A DNA stretch of 64,000 bases from the NCBI GenBank assembly GCA_965238075.1, contig OZ250173.1, forward strand, positions 2,912,001-2,976,000, read 5' to 3'. The position numbers and the translations under genes are program-made. The notes beneath the pieces were generated by a model, which made no database searches, had not been told where the DNA came from, and was given only the letters and a program-made list of their open reading frames with translations. This DNA is from Candidatus Entotheonellaceae bacterium (GTDB lineage: Bacteria > Tectomicrobia > Entotheonellia > Entotheonellales > Entotheonellaceae). Below are positions 10,461-21,181 of the stretch, one piece after another; within the stretch, counting starts at the first letter, position 1, and every line of letters begins with the position of its first letter.

Positions 10461-11450
10461 ATGGAGACAACGTCGATTGGCTTTCAAAAACCCAAGCGTA
10501 TCGAAAGCGATCGAGATTCGCTGACCAATACATACGGGCGTTTCACGGCCGAGCCACTTGAACGTGGTTTTGGTGTGACGATTGGTAACGCTCTGCGCCG
10601 TGTGCTGCTCTCCTCTTTGACGGGAGCTGCAGTGACCGCCCTAAAAATCCAGGGTGTGTACCACGAATTTTCGACAATCCCGGGCGTCTTGGAAGACACT
10701 ACGGAAATTATTCTCAACATTAAAGAATTGCTCTTGAAGATGCATGTGGACAAGCCAAAGCAACTCTTGCTACGAGCTACCGGGCCAGGCGAGGTGCTAG
10801 CCAGTCAAGTCGTCACGGATGCGGATGTCGAAATTCTGAACCCTGATCTTCATATCGCCACTTTGAATAAAGATGCGACATTGGAAATCGCCATGGATGT
10901 TCAGAGGGGGCGAGGATATGTCCCCGCCGAGAGGCACGCCGCATCAATCGTCGATCCACAAGTCATCCCCGTGGACGCGGTTTTTTCCCCTGTCCGCCGA
11001 GTAGGTCTGCACGTTGAAAAAACACGCGTTGGCTACGCAACCGATTATGATCGGCTGATATTCGAAATCCGCACAAACGGGAGCATTCACCCGGAGGATG
11101 CCATTGCGCAAGCTGCCGCCATCCTTGAGGATCATTTGAAAATCTTCGTTAACTTTCGGGAAGACCCTGTCCAGGACGCCCCGGAAGTGGATGAGGTGCG
11201 GCAGAAGTTGATTGAGAACCTCAGCCGTAGTGTTGATGAATTGGAGTTGTCGGTTCGTTCCTACAACTGTCTGAAGAATGCCAATATCAAGACCATCGGC
11301 GAACTCGTGCAACGAAATGAGCCGGAGATGCTGAAGACCCGAAATTTTGGTCGCAAATCTCTTAACGAAATCAAGGAGATCTTGACCAGCATGGGCTTGG
11401 GCCTCGGCATGAGTCTGGATGGAGTGGATTGGCAAGGGAAGACAAACTGA
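10461..11450 (+). CDS. rpoA: RNA polymerase subunit alpha
   Basis: Motifs [34 protein letters not shown] and NFGRKSL. Confidence 0.99.
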   Translation: METTSIGFQKPKRIESDRDSLTNTYGRFTAEPLERGFGVTIGNALRRVLLSSLTGAAVTALKIQGVYHEFSTIPGVLEDTTEIILNIKELLLKMHVDKPKQLLLRATGPGEVLASQVVTDADVEILNPDLHIATLNKDATLEIAMDVQRGRGYVPAERHAASIVDPQVIPVDAVFSPVRRVGLHVEKTRVGYATDYDRLIFEIRTNGSIHPEDAIAQAAAILEDHLKIFVNFREDPVQDAPEVDEVRQKLIENLSRSVDELELSVRSYNCLKNANIKTIGELVQRNEPEMLKTRNFGRKSLNEIKEILTSMGLGLGMSLDGVDWQGKTN

Positions 11451-11478
11451 GTCGCTTCGCAAGGAAAGTGAGCAGATT

Positions 11479-11847
11479 ATGCGCCATCTGAAAAAAGGAA
11501 AAAGTCTGCACCGCCGGAGCAGCCATCGTAAGGCGCTGCTTTGTAATTTAGCGGTGGCGGTGCTCACTCACGAACGGATTCGTACAACCGAGGTGAAAGC
11601 CAAAGAGGTGCGTGGCTTGGTAGATCGGATCATTACGTGGGGCAAACGTGGCGACTTGCATGCCCGGCGTCTGGCGTTCAAAAGGGTCCGTAGTCGGACG
11701 GTTGTGAAAAAGGTGTTCGATGAATTAGGTCCTCGCTATCGACAACGGCCGGGTGGTTATACGCGCATCATGAAGGCCGGCCGGCGCCAGGGGGATAACG
11801 CACCGTTGGTATTGATGGAATTGGTGGATCGTCCTTCAGAATCGTAG
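11479..11847 (+). CDS. rplQ: 50S ribosomal protein L17
   Basis: Motifs MRHLKKG, IRTTEVKAKE and RPGGYTRI. Start ATG 11479. Confidence 0.98.
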   Translation: MRHLKKGKSLHRRSSHRKALLCNLAVAVLTHERIRTTEVKAKEVRGLVDRIITWGKRGDLHARRLAFKRVRSRTVVKKVFDELGPRYRQRPGGYTRIMKAGRRQGDNAPLVLMELVDRPSES

Positions 11848-11860
11848 GCCCAATCGGATT

Positions 11861-11892
11861 CCGAAGGTCCTCGCTGCCGGCGAGGCCTTCGG
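11861..11892. terminator. GC-rich hairpin just after rplQ
   Basis: CCGAAGG-T-CCTCGC/TGCCG/GCGAGG-CCTTCGG. There is no clear U-tract, and it overlaps the 3' end of the convergent pseudogene. Confidence 0.45.
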
Positions 11893-12171
11893 TGGATGGT
11901 AACGAAATTGACCTCCCAATTCTCGTGTGAAGGTATCCGTACGATGCCGATTGTACTTATGCGCGCCGTTATAGCCCCATAAATGCTGCCCGCGAACCAC
12001 CCCGTCTCACAAATGGCTGAGCGCTCCCGCTATTGCTACTTGATCATGATTCAGCGCCTCTACAATCCCCACAACGAATAACCCGTTCAGAACAAAAGCA
12101 AGCAACGCGTCCCCTTGGCGTCCAACATATAACTGCCCGCTCCCCGGTAAAGTGGCCGATAAAACGCCAGC

Positions 12172-13227
12172 TAGAGCATATCCGGTTCTAACTGTATAAT
12201 TCCGGTCCTGCCTATCCCAAGTCGTCTTTCCCCCAGCATCATCGGCAGGAGACCATCAGCCATGGCCGCTTACCTGTCCCAAGACCTCCGTATCCGCGTC
12301 ATCCGAGCCATCGAAGGCGGCATGTCACGCAACGCCGCCGCCAAACGATTCGGTATCAGCTCCGCTAGCGCCGTAAGGTGGATGCAGACCTACCTCCGGA
12401 CCGGACGCACCCAGGCAAAACCCTGTGGCGGTGACCGCCGATCCGGGCGTATCGAAGCGCATGCCGACTTTCTCATGGGCACCCTACAGGAGACACCCGA
12501 CATCACCCTGGCCGAACTCCGACAGCGCCTTTTCAGCGAGCGTGGCGAGACCTTCGCCATCAGCACCGTCCACGAGTTCTTGCGGCGACATGGCATCACG
12601 TTCAAAAAAAGACGGCACCTGCCCGTGAACAGGACCGTGATGACGTAGCCTGCCCAGCGGCAAGCCTGGATCGCCCAGCAGCCGCATCTTGACCCAGAGA
12701 AGCTCGTCTTCATTGACGAGACCGGAGCCAACACGAAGATGGCCAGGCGGCACGGACGCTCGCCGCGCGGCAAGCGCTGCCGGGCATCGGTGCCACACGG
12801 CCATTGGAAGACCACCCCATGGGTGTGTGGACTTCGCTTGCGTGGTCTGACGGCGCCCATGGTCATTGATGGTGCCCTGGATGGCGCAGCCTTCGGCACC
12901 TATGCCGACTCGTTTCTGGGTCCAAGTCTTCGCGCGGGCGACGTGGTTGTGCTCGATAATTTTGCGGCGCACAAAGTTAAGGGGGTGCGCGAGGCCATCG
13001 GCAAGTCGGGCGCAACGCTCTTGTACCTGCCGCCGTACTCGCCGGATTTCAATCCGATAGAGCAGGCCTTTGCGAAGCCTCAAGGCGTTGCTTCGCAAGG
13101 CGGCAGCATGGACTGTTGACGCTCTGGAGTCGGCCATTGTTACGGCACTGGAGGCATTTTCCCCTGAGGAAGGCGCCAACTATTTCACTCATGCAGGATA
13201 TAAACAGTATGATCCGAAAATGCTCTA
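12172..13227 (+). mobile_element. IS630-family insertion sequence (degenerate)
   Basis: Imperfect TIRs cTAGAGCATATCCGG.. and ..CCGAAAATGCTCTAg with a TA target. orfA encodes an HTH, there is an A7 slippery site at ~12604, and orfB carries FIDETG / VLDN / LPPYSPDFNPIE (DDE). Confidence 0.93.
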
Positions 13228-13228
13228 G
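12262..13228 (+). pseudogene. IS630 transposase with two extra +1 frameshifts
   Basis: After the -1 shift the frame reads KTAPAREQDRDDVA. An extra C (~12653) precedes QRQAWIAQQPHLDPEKLVFIDETG, and a second extra C (~13078) precedes LKALLRKAAAWTV..NYFTHAGY. Confidence 0.85.
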
Positions 13229-13895
13229 AAGGGGGATTTCCGAGACAGGTCTCCCTTGTTCAGAATTACTTCGACAATTTGTTGGGCTGTCTCGCGAAAC
13301 GAATTATGGGTGGGGATGCTTTGAAATTGTTCCGTGGCCTTCTGCCATTCTTACTGATGCAGCAGCGCCCAAGCATCCCGGTAAGTAGCATGTTCTCCGA
13401 ACGCCGTCCAGGTGAGTGGCGCCTGACAGCATCGTAAAAGTCTTCCGCTGTCTCATATTTGCCCTGTCGCATCAGACACTTACCTTGCCAAAGCCATGCC
13501 TGTTTGCCGTAAGGCGTATCCGGATACAGCTTGGCTACCTCGTCAAAGACCTTCAGAGCCTTGCCATAAGTCCATGCCGCGATAAGAAAGCTAGGCCCAC
13601 GCGAAAGTGGGCCATAGAGCGCCGTATGTCATGCGGGAAGGTGAAGAGAAATCGCCTGTATTCCGTGATGGCACGGTAGTACTCTCTTTTTCGCATCAAC
13701 TCTGCTGCGAAGGCCAACATCGGATCCGGAGAGAACGCCTGTTCTGACGACGATGGCGCGGGCGAGACAGGTTCGGCGTTTAGCCGGAAACCGGGGGCTT
13801 GGAACAGGCAGGGAAGGTGCACAAAACAAAGCATCATGGCGGTCCAAAACCGAAGCAAGCCAGAACTCCACCTTGTGTGTTGAAAGTCTGTTGAA

Positions 13896-15875
13896 TCACG
13901 GCACGACAATTTGTTTGACTGCTTCGAGCTGGCTTACGATTGTGGTGACAGCTCGAAAATCCTGACCCTTCCAGTGCAAGTCGCCCCGGTCGGAATAAAT
14001 GGCAAACAACGGTAGGAACGGCTGGCCTCCAACACCACCCAGTTCCGGGTAGTTTTCGTCCCGTTGAAAGGTCCCAAAGATTTCATCGCTGTCGTAGATT
14101 TTTACAAGCACGGCTTGCTGCAAGGCATTGTTCAATTGGCCGTTGCTTTCTGCCAATCGCTGAAAGGCTTTGCAGTTCGCGCACCAAGTCGCATAGAAGT
14201 CTACAAAAAGAGCCTTGCCTTCGACCCTGGCTCGCTCTTGGGCTAGCGAAAAGTCTCGCAACCAGCGAAGATTCCCGGAAAATTCCACTTGCGAGGCAGT
14301 GGAATCCCCGATTTCCCCTCCCTCGGGCAGCGTAAGCCCCCCCGCGACCATTTGTTGGCCCGTTCCCGATACCGGGATCAGAATCCCCGATTGACCTAAG
14401 CCATTGTAGAGAAAATGCCCCCCCAGAATAAGCAGGATGATTCCCAGAATGCGACGGACTAACTGGCCTTGTTCTGGGGCGTCTCCCAAGGAATGAAACA
14501 AGCCTAGAAAAACGGCGAGCGCGATTGCCAGTATCCCGACAAGGATGGCATGAGCTATGTTCGGCGGCACGGCCGCGGTTTCCATGCCCTTGAGATAATA
14601 AACATAAGCGAAGTAAAGAATTGGAATGCCGAGGAGAAATTTGACCTTTGTAAGCCACGGGCCCGATTGTGGCAGTCCGTTACTGAGCATCCCAACCACG
14701 AGAAAAGGAACCCCCAGTCCCATGCCAAAACTTGCCATCAGGCCAATGCCTCGCAACGCAGTTTCGGCCGGACTGGTACTTCCGGACAACTGGGTACCCG
14801 CCGCTTGGCCAGTAATGTCAAGTAGAATGGCTCCCGCAATCGGACCTACACATGGAGAAATGACGAGACCCGCAGTCGCTCCCATCAAGAAGGTGCCGAA
14901 GAATCCATCCCATCGGCCTGCCGTGTTGTCCAATTTGGCTATGAGTGGTGTAAGAAACTGAAATTCATAGAACCCAATCATGCTCAAGCCGAAATAGGCG
15001 AATATTCCGGCAAAGGCCAGATTCACCCATGCGCTGGTCATAAGGGCTGAAAGGGCTGTGCCTGTGGTGGCCGCAAAAGTCCCGAGCAGAGTAAAGAAAA
15101 AGGTAATGCCCAAGAAATAGACCAGAGCGTTCAGTTGTCCCAGGCGTCGGGCTCCCCCGCCTCGTGCCAAGAGTATCGCCGAGGTGATCGGAATGACGGG
15201 ATACACGCATGGTGTTGCCGAAGCGATGAGGCCGGCTAGGAACACCAAAAGAAGTGCCATGGGGAAATTAGCGAAATGACGTCGAAATAGTGCTGTCAGG
15301 CGTTCGCTCAATGTGAGAGCGGGGGCAGATTGTTGCGTGATGTTCGCCAAGGCGGGGGTGTTTTCGTCAACTGTCCCTTTTGCAAAGCGTATTGGAAAGA
15401 TCGTGATCTTCGGAGGGTAGCAGATATTTGTGACGTCGTTGCAGATTTGGTGGCGCAGCGTTGCAGAGAAGGTGCCTGATGGAAACGTGTCGTCGGAAGT
15501 TTCCAATCGGAATTCGAACGCACCGCTGTCTCGCAACACCGTAGCGTGAACAATGTCGTCCCTGGTGCCCGATGGACGTGAAATCTCAGTGACTCGAAAT
15601 CCGTGTTCCTCCAATGAATCGAAGACAAAAGCCAATGGGATGAAGAACCCCTCATCGCCCCTGTCAAGATACCCATGATGGTCCGCGGGCACACGCACAT
15701 CAACCCGGAATGTCGCTAGACCGGCCTGTTCGTCAACCGTGAAGTCCCGTCCTTGGACTACGACCTCCGGGATGCCAGGGAGCGTATCCTCCAAGGAAAG
15801 CTGGGCCTCAACAGACGTAACCAACGGGGAAGCGAAGATAAGGCCCAGCATGAAAAAACGCAGCAGCAAAGGCAC
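13896..15875 (-). CDS. dsbD: DsbD-family thiol:disulfide interchange protein (N-domain, CcdA-type TM domain, thioredoxin)
   Basis: Signal peptide, QICNDVTNICYPP, TPCVYPVIP, SPCVGP and DFYATWCANCK. Confidence 0.88.
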   Translation of the reverse strand: MPLLLRFFMLGLIFASPLVTSVEAQLSLEDTLPGIPEVVVQGRDFTVDEQAGLATFRVDVRVPADHHGYLDRGDEGFFIPLAFVFDSLEEHGFRVTEISRPSGTRDDIVHATVLRDSGAFEFRLETSDDTFPSGTFSATLRHQICNDVTNICYPPKITIFPIRFAKGTVDENTPALANITQQSAPALTLSERLTALFRRHFANFPMALLLVFLAGLIASATPCVYPVIPITSAILLARGGGARRLGQLNALVYFLGITFFFTLLGTFAATTGTALSALMTSAWVNLAFAGIFAYFGLSMIGFYEFQFLTPLIAKLDNTAGRWDGFFGTFLMGATAGLVISPCVGPIAGAILLDITGQAAGTQLSGSTSPAETALRGIGLMASFGMGLGVPFLVVGMLSNGLPQSGPWLTKVKFLLGIPILYFAYVYYLKGMETAAVPPNIAHAILVGILAIALAVFLGLFHSLGDAPEQGQLVRRILGIILLILGGHFLYNGLGQSGILIPVSGTGQQMVAGGLTLPEGGEIGDSTASQVEFSGNLRWLRDFSLAQERARVEGKALFVDFYATWCANCKAFQRLAESNGQLNNALQQAVLVKIYDSDEIFGTFQRDENYPELGGVGGQPFLPLFAIYSDRGDLHWKGQDFRAVTTIVSQLEAVKQIVVP

Positions 15876-16006
15876 AAATGATCCCCCTGGAAACCAATAC
15901 AGATCGTTGCTTTACACCATATCTTGCATAACTCTTGAAAATGGCGGGAAATTTCGGGGAACTCTGAATCCGGGTTTTGTCTCTACCGCCTTAAATTTAC
16001 AGGGCT

Positions 16007-16513
16007 CTAGATGTCTTGCAACTCTTTGCGAACACGACTCAGATATGGGTCTGAAACGGCTGTCGCCGTCTGTGTTGAATGATCCGGACAAGACGCAGGC
16101 AATGCATCTTGCTCACGGGAATGAGGTCGTCTCACCCACCTTGTGGTAAGCAGGATAATCAAACCGGCACCGTTCAGGAGTGCGAAAACAGGCAAAAGCC
16201 ACACCGCCAAAGTGAAGCCACGTTTAGGAGGGGAGGCGAGTACTTCTTCACCACCGATATTGATGAAATACTGCATGATTTCATCCTTGGGCACTCCTCG
16301 CGCTATTTTTTGCCGTATCAACTCTTGCCATTGGCCAGCATGCTCACTCGTGCAATTTAACAACGTGCGTCCCGGACAGGCAGGGCTCATCAACTCTCCG
16401 GCAATGTCTTGCCACGCCGGCTCTTGTGCCGAAACGGGTGTGTACAGTGCGGTCAACGCCACAACCACTGCGATGAGGTGAGCAAAGGAACGGAGCGTTG
16501 CCAAATGCCTCAT
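16007..16513 (-). CDS. CcmH-like cytochrome c biogenesis protein
   Basis: Signal peptide, ELMSPACPGRTLLNC, IRQKIARG..DEIMQYF..GEEVLASPP, and a TM helix WLLP. ATG 16513 follows AGGAGG. Confidence 0.78.
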   Translation of the reverse strand: MRHLATLRSFAHLIAVVVALTALYTPVSAQEPAWQDIAGELMSPACPGRTLLNCTSEHAGQWQELIRQKIARGVPKDEIMQYFINIGGEEVLASPPKRGFTLAVWLLPVFALLNGAGLIILLTTRWVRRPHSREQDALPASCPDHSTQTATAVSDPYLSRVRKELQDI

Positions 16514-16605
16514 TGATTCCTCCTGATACCGCTCAAACCGGCTCCCGAAATTGGTATAGACCAAAACCGATGATGAATTCCTGACAGCCTCGGCGGTTAT
16601 GTGGA

Positions 16606-17331
16606 TCATCCCTCTAATTCAGGGCACTCGGCGGGCCAAAGTAGGATCAGACGGCAATAGGGACAGGTATGGAGAGATTCCTGCAACCGAATTTCGGAAA
16701 TCAATTGTGGCTGAACTTTCAGATGACAGCCACCACAGACAGCATCATTGAGATGCACGACAACGGAACCGTCGTTCTGAGCCGTCAACTTTTTATAGAC
16801 CTCCAACAAGTCCGCATTTAGTCCGACGGCCGTCTGGCGCCGTTTCTCTCGTTCGACCAGAATTTTCTGGTTCAGGAGTTCCGAAGCCTGTTCCACCGCA
16901 TGCCCTTGTTCTTGCAGGACATCACGTGCTGCCCGCAGCCGTTGTTCTTGCACCCCCTTCGCCTGGCGCTTCTGCTCCGCCTGCTCCATGAGTTGCAGTA
17001 GCTGATCCTCTATGCACGTCATCTGCTGCTTGCCAGCATCGATTTCCGCAAGCACGGCGCTGTATTCCCTATTGGTCTTTACCTCGCGGAGCTTACGCTG
17101 GACCTTGTCGAGAGCGTCCTGGGTACTTTGCAGTTCCATCTCCAGGTCGCGCTGCTGGCGTTCATTGCGGTCGATTTCGACCTGCACCGATTCCAACTCC
17201 TCGCGCGCCTCATTATGGGCACGCTTGGGCGCCTCGAGTTGCCGTGGAAGCGCCTGCTGCTCCCTGCGTAGTGAACGCAATTGGTCATCGACCTTTTGTA
17301 AAGCCGTCAAGAGTGTCAACTGTCCACGCAT
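16606..17331 (-). CDS. Coiled-coil protein with C-terminal C4 zinc ribbon (DUF164/CT398-like)
   Basis: LTALQKVD, a long coiled coil, VKTNREY and CGGCH..CPYCRLIL. This family is often found downstream of rpoD. Confidence 0.88.
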   Translation of the reverse strand: MRGQLTLLTALQKVDDQLRSLRREQQALPRQLEAPKRAHNEAREELESVQVEIDRNERQQRDLEMELQSTQDALDKVQRKLREVKTNREYSAVLAEIDAGKQQMTCIEDQLLQLMEQAEQKRQAKGVQEQRLRAARDVLQEQGHAVEQASELLNQKILVEREKRRQTAVGLNADLLEVYKKLTAQNDGSVVVHLNDAVCGGCHLKVQPQLISEIRLQESLHTCPYCRLILLWPAECPELEG

Positions 17332-17380
17332 CGTCCACCTTTCCTTATTCATGGACGAATCAAACCACCTTGTGGTCAGG

Positions 17381-17453
17381 TGGGCCCACCTGGCCTCGAA
17401 CCAGGGACCTACCGGTTATGAGCCGGGGGCTCTTCCAACTGAGCTATGGGCCC
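17381..17453 (-). tRNA. tRNA with CAT anticodon, probably tRNA-Ile2 (lysidine)
   Basis: GGGCCCATAGCTCAGTTGGAAGAGCCCCCGGCTCATAACCGGTAGGTCCCTGGTTCGAGGCCAGGTGGGCCCA folds as a cloverleaf with a 7-bp acceptor stem. It lacks the initiator C1:A72 mismatch and lies downstream of rpoD like E. coli ileX. CCA is not encoded (CCT follows). Confidence 0.93.
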
Positions 17454-17542
17454 ACTTGTCCTGGGAGCGTTTGCTCCCGGAGCCTGGGTTGTCGTATTCC
17501 CACGACCAACACCGCCGGGTATCAACGGAATTCCTGCCAGCA

Positions 17543-19303
17543 TCATGCATGTTCGGCGAAGTGTCGCAGCATCCTGCTTCGACTTGGATGGCGCAGCTTG
17601 CGAAGTGCCTTGGCCTCGATCTGTCGAACCCGCTCACGGGTGACGTCGAAATCATGTCCCACTTCTTCGAGGGTGTGCGCCATATCCACACCAATGCCGA
17701 ATCGCTTGCGCAGAACCCGCTCTTCGCGCGGTGTCAGCGTTTGCAGCACCTTGAGTGTCTGTTCCTTCAAATTCGTGCGAATCACCGATTCAGCAGGCGA
17801 GGTGATTTTCTTGTCTTCGATGAAATCACCCAAATGGCTGTCCTTTTCCTCACCGATGGGCGTTTCCAGCGATATGGGTTCTTTGGCAATCTTCAACACC
17901 TTTCGCACTTTGTCCACTGGCAAGTCGAGGCGCTGGGCAATCTCCTCCGGCAGCGGTTCACGGCCATTTTCCTGCACCAACTGACGCGTCGTACGAACGA
18001 GCTTGTTGATTGTCTCAATCATGTGAACCGGAATACGAATCGTCCGTGCCTGGTCCGCGATTGCCCGCGTGATTGCCTGACGAATCCACCAAGTGGCGTA
18101 GGTGCTGAATTTATAGCCGCGGCGGTATTCGAATTTGTCCACCGCCTTCATGAGGCCAATGTTGCCTTCCTGAATGAGATCAAGGAAATGCAAGCCGCGG
18201 TTGGTGTATTTCTTGGCGATGCTGACCACCAATCGAAGGTTCGCCTCCGCCAATTCGCGTTTCGCGTCGCGGTCCTTTTGCTGACAGTGATAGACGCGCT
18301 GCAGCATGTCCACGAACTCTTGGCAGGTGAGACCAACTTCGGACTCCTGCCGATGCGCAATACAAAAGGCCTCCTGCACACAGTATTCGAGACTCGAACA
18401 TTCCGGCTGTGGGTGGTCCGCGGAGGAGCCGTTACGGGCCATCCGCACATGGTGTTCGTGCATACAGCGGTGGAACACCCTCGCATCACCATTGGCTTGC
18501 TGCACGCAAGAAGCAACGTTACGCTCGCAGGCACGGAGACGCTGTAACAGGCCATTGCTTTCGTTCACGATAATGTCGATGAGATCGGCGGTGAGATTGA
18601 GCTCCTTGGTCAACTTGGTGATGACATTGCCCAAAGTCTTCTCTTGCTTGAGCAATTCCTTGCGTTGTCCGGCAGTAAGCGTCTCGGATCGTGTTTGCGC
18701 TCGCAAATTACTGTTTTTGACATAGAGTTCACGCAAGCGGTTAACAATCTTATTCATCCTGGAATCGGGCGTCATCCATGGCTCTTCCGTGGCGTCGCTT
18801 TCTTCCAAGTTAAGATCGTCTTCCTCACTCGCAACGCCTTGGCCGACATATCCCTTCAAACCGAGCTCTAATAGCCCCCGTCCGACAAACTTATTGGACA
18901 CAATCGCCTGCACAACTTCATTGTGCGCGTCCTCAATGCGCTTGGCTATTTCGACCTCGCCCTCGCGTGTCAGCAAGGGAATAGAGCCCATTTCGCGAAG
19001 ATACAAGCGTACCGGGTCGTCGGTTTTCCCCAGCACGTCAGCCGATAAATCGATCAGCCGGCCCTCGTCAAGATAGTCCACCGACAGGCCATTGTCGTGT
19101 GTACCGGAAGCCCTTTCGGACACCCTTTCAGGCTCAATGAGGTCCAGGTCCAAATCGCCAAACGTGATCAACTCGTCAATCTGCTCTGAAGACACAGCCT
19201 CGCGAGGCAGAATGCTGCGCACCTCCTCGTAGGGAAGATGCCCCTCCTCCTTACCCAGGGAAATCAACTGTTTGAGTTCACCGCGCCTATCTTTCTTTAC
19301 CAT
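17543..19303 (-). CDS. rpoD: RNA polymerase primary sigma factor sigma-70
   Basis: Region 1.1, [41 protein letters not shown] and [16 protein letters not shown]. Confidence 0.98.
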   Translation of the reverse strand: MVKKDRRGELKQLISLGKEEGHLPYEEVRSILPREAVSSEQIDELITFGDLDLDLIEPERVSERASGTHDNGLSVDYLDEGRLIDLSADVLGKTDDPVRLYLREMGSIPLLTREGEVEIAKRIEDAHNEVVQAIVSNKFVGRGLLELGLKGYVGQGVASEEDDLNLEESDATEEPWMTPDSRMNKIVNRLRELYVKNSNLRAQTRSETLTAGQRKELLKQEKTLGNVITKLTKELNLTADLIDIIVNESNGLLQRLRACERNVASCVQQANGDARVFHRCMHEHHVRMARNGSSADHPQPECSSLEYCVQEAFCIAHRQESEVGLTCQEFVDMLQRVYHCQQKDRDAKRELAEANLRLVVSIAKKYTNRGLHFLDLIQEGNIGLMKAVDKFEYRRGYKFSTYATWWIRQAITRAIADQARTIRIPVHMIETINKLVRTTRQLVQENGREPLPEEIAQRLDLPVDKVRKVLKIAKEPISLETPIGEEKDSHLGDFIEDKKITSPAESVIRTNLKEQTLKVLQTLTPREERVLRKRFGIGVDMAHTLEEVGHDFDVTRERVRQIEAKALRKLRHPSRSRMLRHFAEHA

Positions 19304-19383
19304 AGTTGATTGGACCTCCCTCCCTCCTGGATTGCGCTTCTTACCGGCTAGCGGGTAACGGTATCTGTGGAATAATTCATAAT

Positions 19384-21177
19384 CTACAAAACCGCGGGCT
19401 GCCTCTCCTTTGCCAACAACGTTGCCCGCTCCAAAAGCCGCTGCCGCTCAGCCTCGTTGCTTTCAGACTCGAGCCGCTGTTTGACTTGTCGCAACTGGAG
19501 TTTGTAGCGACGTTGACGCATCTTCTCGAGGCAATCTCGCATGACCTGAGCATCTCCCGTAGATGCGGGGGGCAGTGATTGCACGGCTATCTGGGTGAGA
19601 AGTACGTCTTGCTTGTCGCTAGCCTCGTCATGCAGCCTCTGGGACCAGCGTTCGTCCTCACCATGCGGGGCAAATTGCAACAAGAGCGAATAAACACTGC
19701 CGAGGTCGGCGTCCATGAAATCGGTGGGGGCTATATGGGAATCGACCTTGGACAACAATTCCGGCCGGTGATACAGCAAATGCACCAAGTCGTACTCCTC
19801 AGGAAACCGCCTCGTCACTGAACGCGACGGGAGGGGGTTAGCCTGCCGCTGTGCAGCAGGGGAAAAGCGCCCGGACGCTCGCGCAAAAAGTTGCCGCTTC
19901 AAATCCTGTGGCGGAACCCCGAGTTTCTCGGCCAGGAACACCAGATGGCCCCACCGCTCCACTTCGTTGTCCAGCTTCCGCAGGAGAGGCGCAATGCGTT
20001 CAACAAAATCCCCACGACCGGCGGGCGTTTGCAGGTCAAAGCCATGTTGCGCGCGGGCCACGAGATAGGCCGGGAATGTCATGGCGTTCTTAACGCAATC
20101 CAGAAATTCTTCCCCCGTGTGGTTCCGTAGGAAGCTGTCAGGGTCCTCCGAGGCGGGGAGCGTCGCAATGCGCACTCGAACCCCCGCGTCCAGAAACAGC
20201 GCAATACTGCGCTCCGCGGCCTTGCCGCCCGCCTCATCGCTATCAAAAACCAGAACGGCCTCCTTGACGACGCCCCTCAGTTGCCCGACGTGACGGTCGG
20301 TCAGAGCCGTGCCCAACGTGCCCACCACGTGCGTCACACCCTGCCTGTGGCAAGCCAGGACATCCGTATAGCCTTCAACGACGATCACCTGTTCATGCTG
20401 ACGTATTGCTTGCCGAGCCAAGTGCAGGCCATAGAGCGTTTGCCCCTTGTGGAAAATGGGTGTCTCCGGCGAATTCAGATATTTCGGCACATTACCATCA
20501 GCAGACTCGTCAAGCGCGCGTGCACCGAATGCCACTGGACGACCCAACCGGTCGTGAATCGGAAATACGATACGATTGCGGAAACGGTCGTACACGCGCC
20601 GCTGCGGTTCGTGGCGGGCAACCACAAGGCCGCCCTCGATTAACAACTCCTCCGCGAACCCCTGTTGCAGCATCGTCTGCCTTAAGGCCTCCCAAGCCTG
20701 CGGGGCATAACCCAACTCGAAACGGGCCGCCAGGTCACTGGAAATCTGGCGTTGACGACAAAAGGCGCGTCCAGCCTCAGCGACCGGGTCGCGCCGCAGG
20801 CCATCATGAAAGAAGGTAACAGCGGCTCGAAGCAGATCATACAATGGCTTGTGCTTGTCCGGCTTTTGGGCTGTGCGCATCTCCGGGATATGCACGCCAT
20901 AGCGCGACGCCAACATCTGAATCGCATCGGGAAACGTCAGCGACGCCTGTTGCATGAGAAAGCCCACCGCGTTTCCTTTGGCTTGGCAACCGAAACAATA
21001 AAAAAACCCCTTCGCCGGACTCACCGTGAACGAAGGGGTTCTCTCGTTGTGAAAAGGGCACAACCCCTTATAGTTTTCACCCGCCTTCTTGAGCAGAACA
21101 TAGTCACCGACGACGTCGGCAATATCAGCCCTCAGCAGGACTTCCTGAACGATCTCTTCAGGAATGCGCTGGCTCAC
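19384..21177 (-). CDS. dnaG: DNA primase
   Basis: Zinc finger [36 protein letters not shown] / FDSDEAG, and EDPD. Confidence 0.98.
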   Translation of the reverse strand: MSQRIPEEIVQEVLLRADIADVVGDYVLLKKAGENYKGLCPFHNERTPSFTVSPAKGFFYCFGCQAKGNAVGFLMQQASLTFPDAIQMLASRYGVHIPEMRTAQKPDKHKPLYDLLRAAVTFFHDGLRRDPVAEAGRAFCRQRQISSDLAARFELGYAPQAWEALRQTMLQQGFAEELLIEGGLVVARHEPQRRVYDRFRNRIVFPIHDRLGRPVAFGARALDESADGNVPKYLNSPETPIFHKGQTLYGLHLARQAIRQHEQVIVVEGYTDVLACHRQGVTHVVGTLGTALTDRHVGQLRGVVKEAVLVFDSDEAGGKAAERSIALFLDAGVRVRIATLPASEDPDSFLRNHTGEEFLDCVKNAMTFPAYLVARAQHGFDLQTPAGRGDFVERIAPLLRKLDNEVERWGHLVFLAEKLGVPPQDLKRQLFARASGRFSPAAQRQANPLPSRSVTRRFPEEYDLVHLLYHRPELLSKVDSHIAPTDFMDADLGSVYSLLLQFAPHGEDERWSQRLHDEASDKQDVLLTQIAVQSLPPASTGDAQVMRDCLEKMRQRRYKLQLRQVKQRLESESNEAERQRLLERATLLAKERQPAVL

Positions 21178-21181
21178 CTTT

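Larger units (their letters stand above)
11836..13909 (-). pseudogene. TPR-repeat protein with C-terminal membrane (KSP..LPGxGQ.Y, TM2-like) domain; frameshifted and split by IS630
   Basis: The minus strand reads EYYRAITEYRRFLFTFP..YGKALKVFDEVAKLYPDT..WALLHQ*EWQKATEQF..GDLSRKSP, then the IS, then LAGVLSATLPGSGQLYVGRQGDALLAFVLNG..ETGWFAGSIYGA..HKYNR..LRF*. It has several 1-nt frameshifts and an internal TAA. Confidence 0.8.

Noticed and set aside
12646..12648. TAG read-through joining IS630 orfA and orfB in one frame
   Set aside because: The conserved linker (KT..A.EQDR.DV) is in the -1 frame. The in-frame appearance results from a programmed -1 shift plus a later +1 insertion.
17012..18547. 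511-aa + strand ORF
   Set aside because: Antisense shadow of rpoD, the tRNA and the zinc-ribbon gene; no recognisable motifs.
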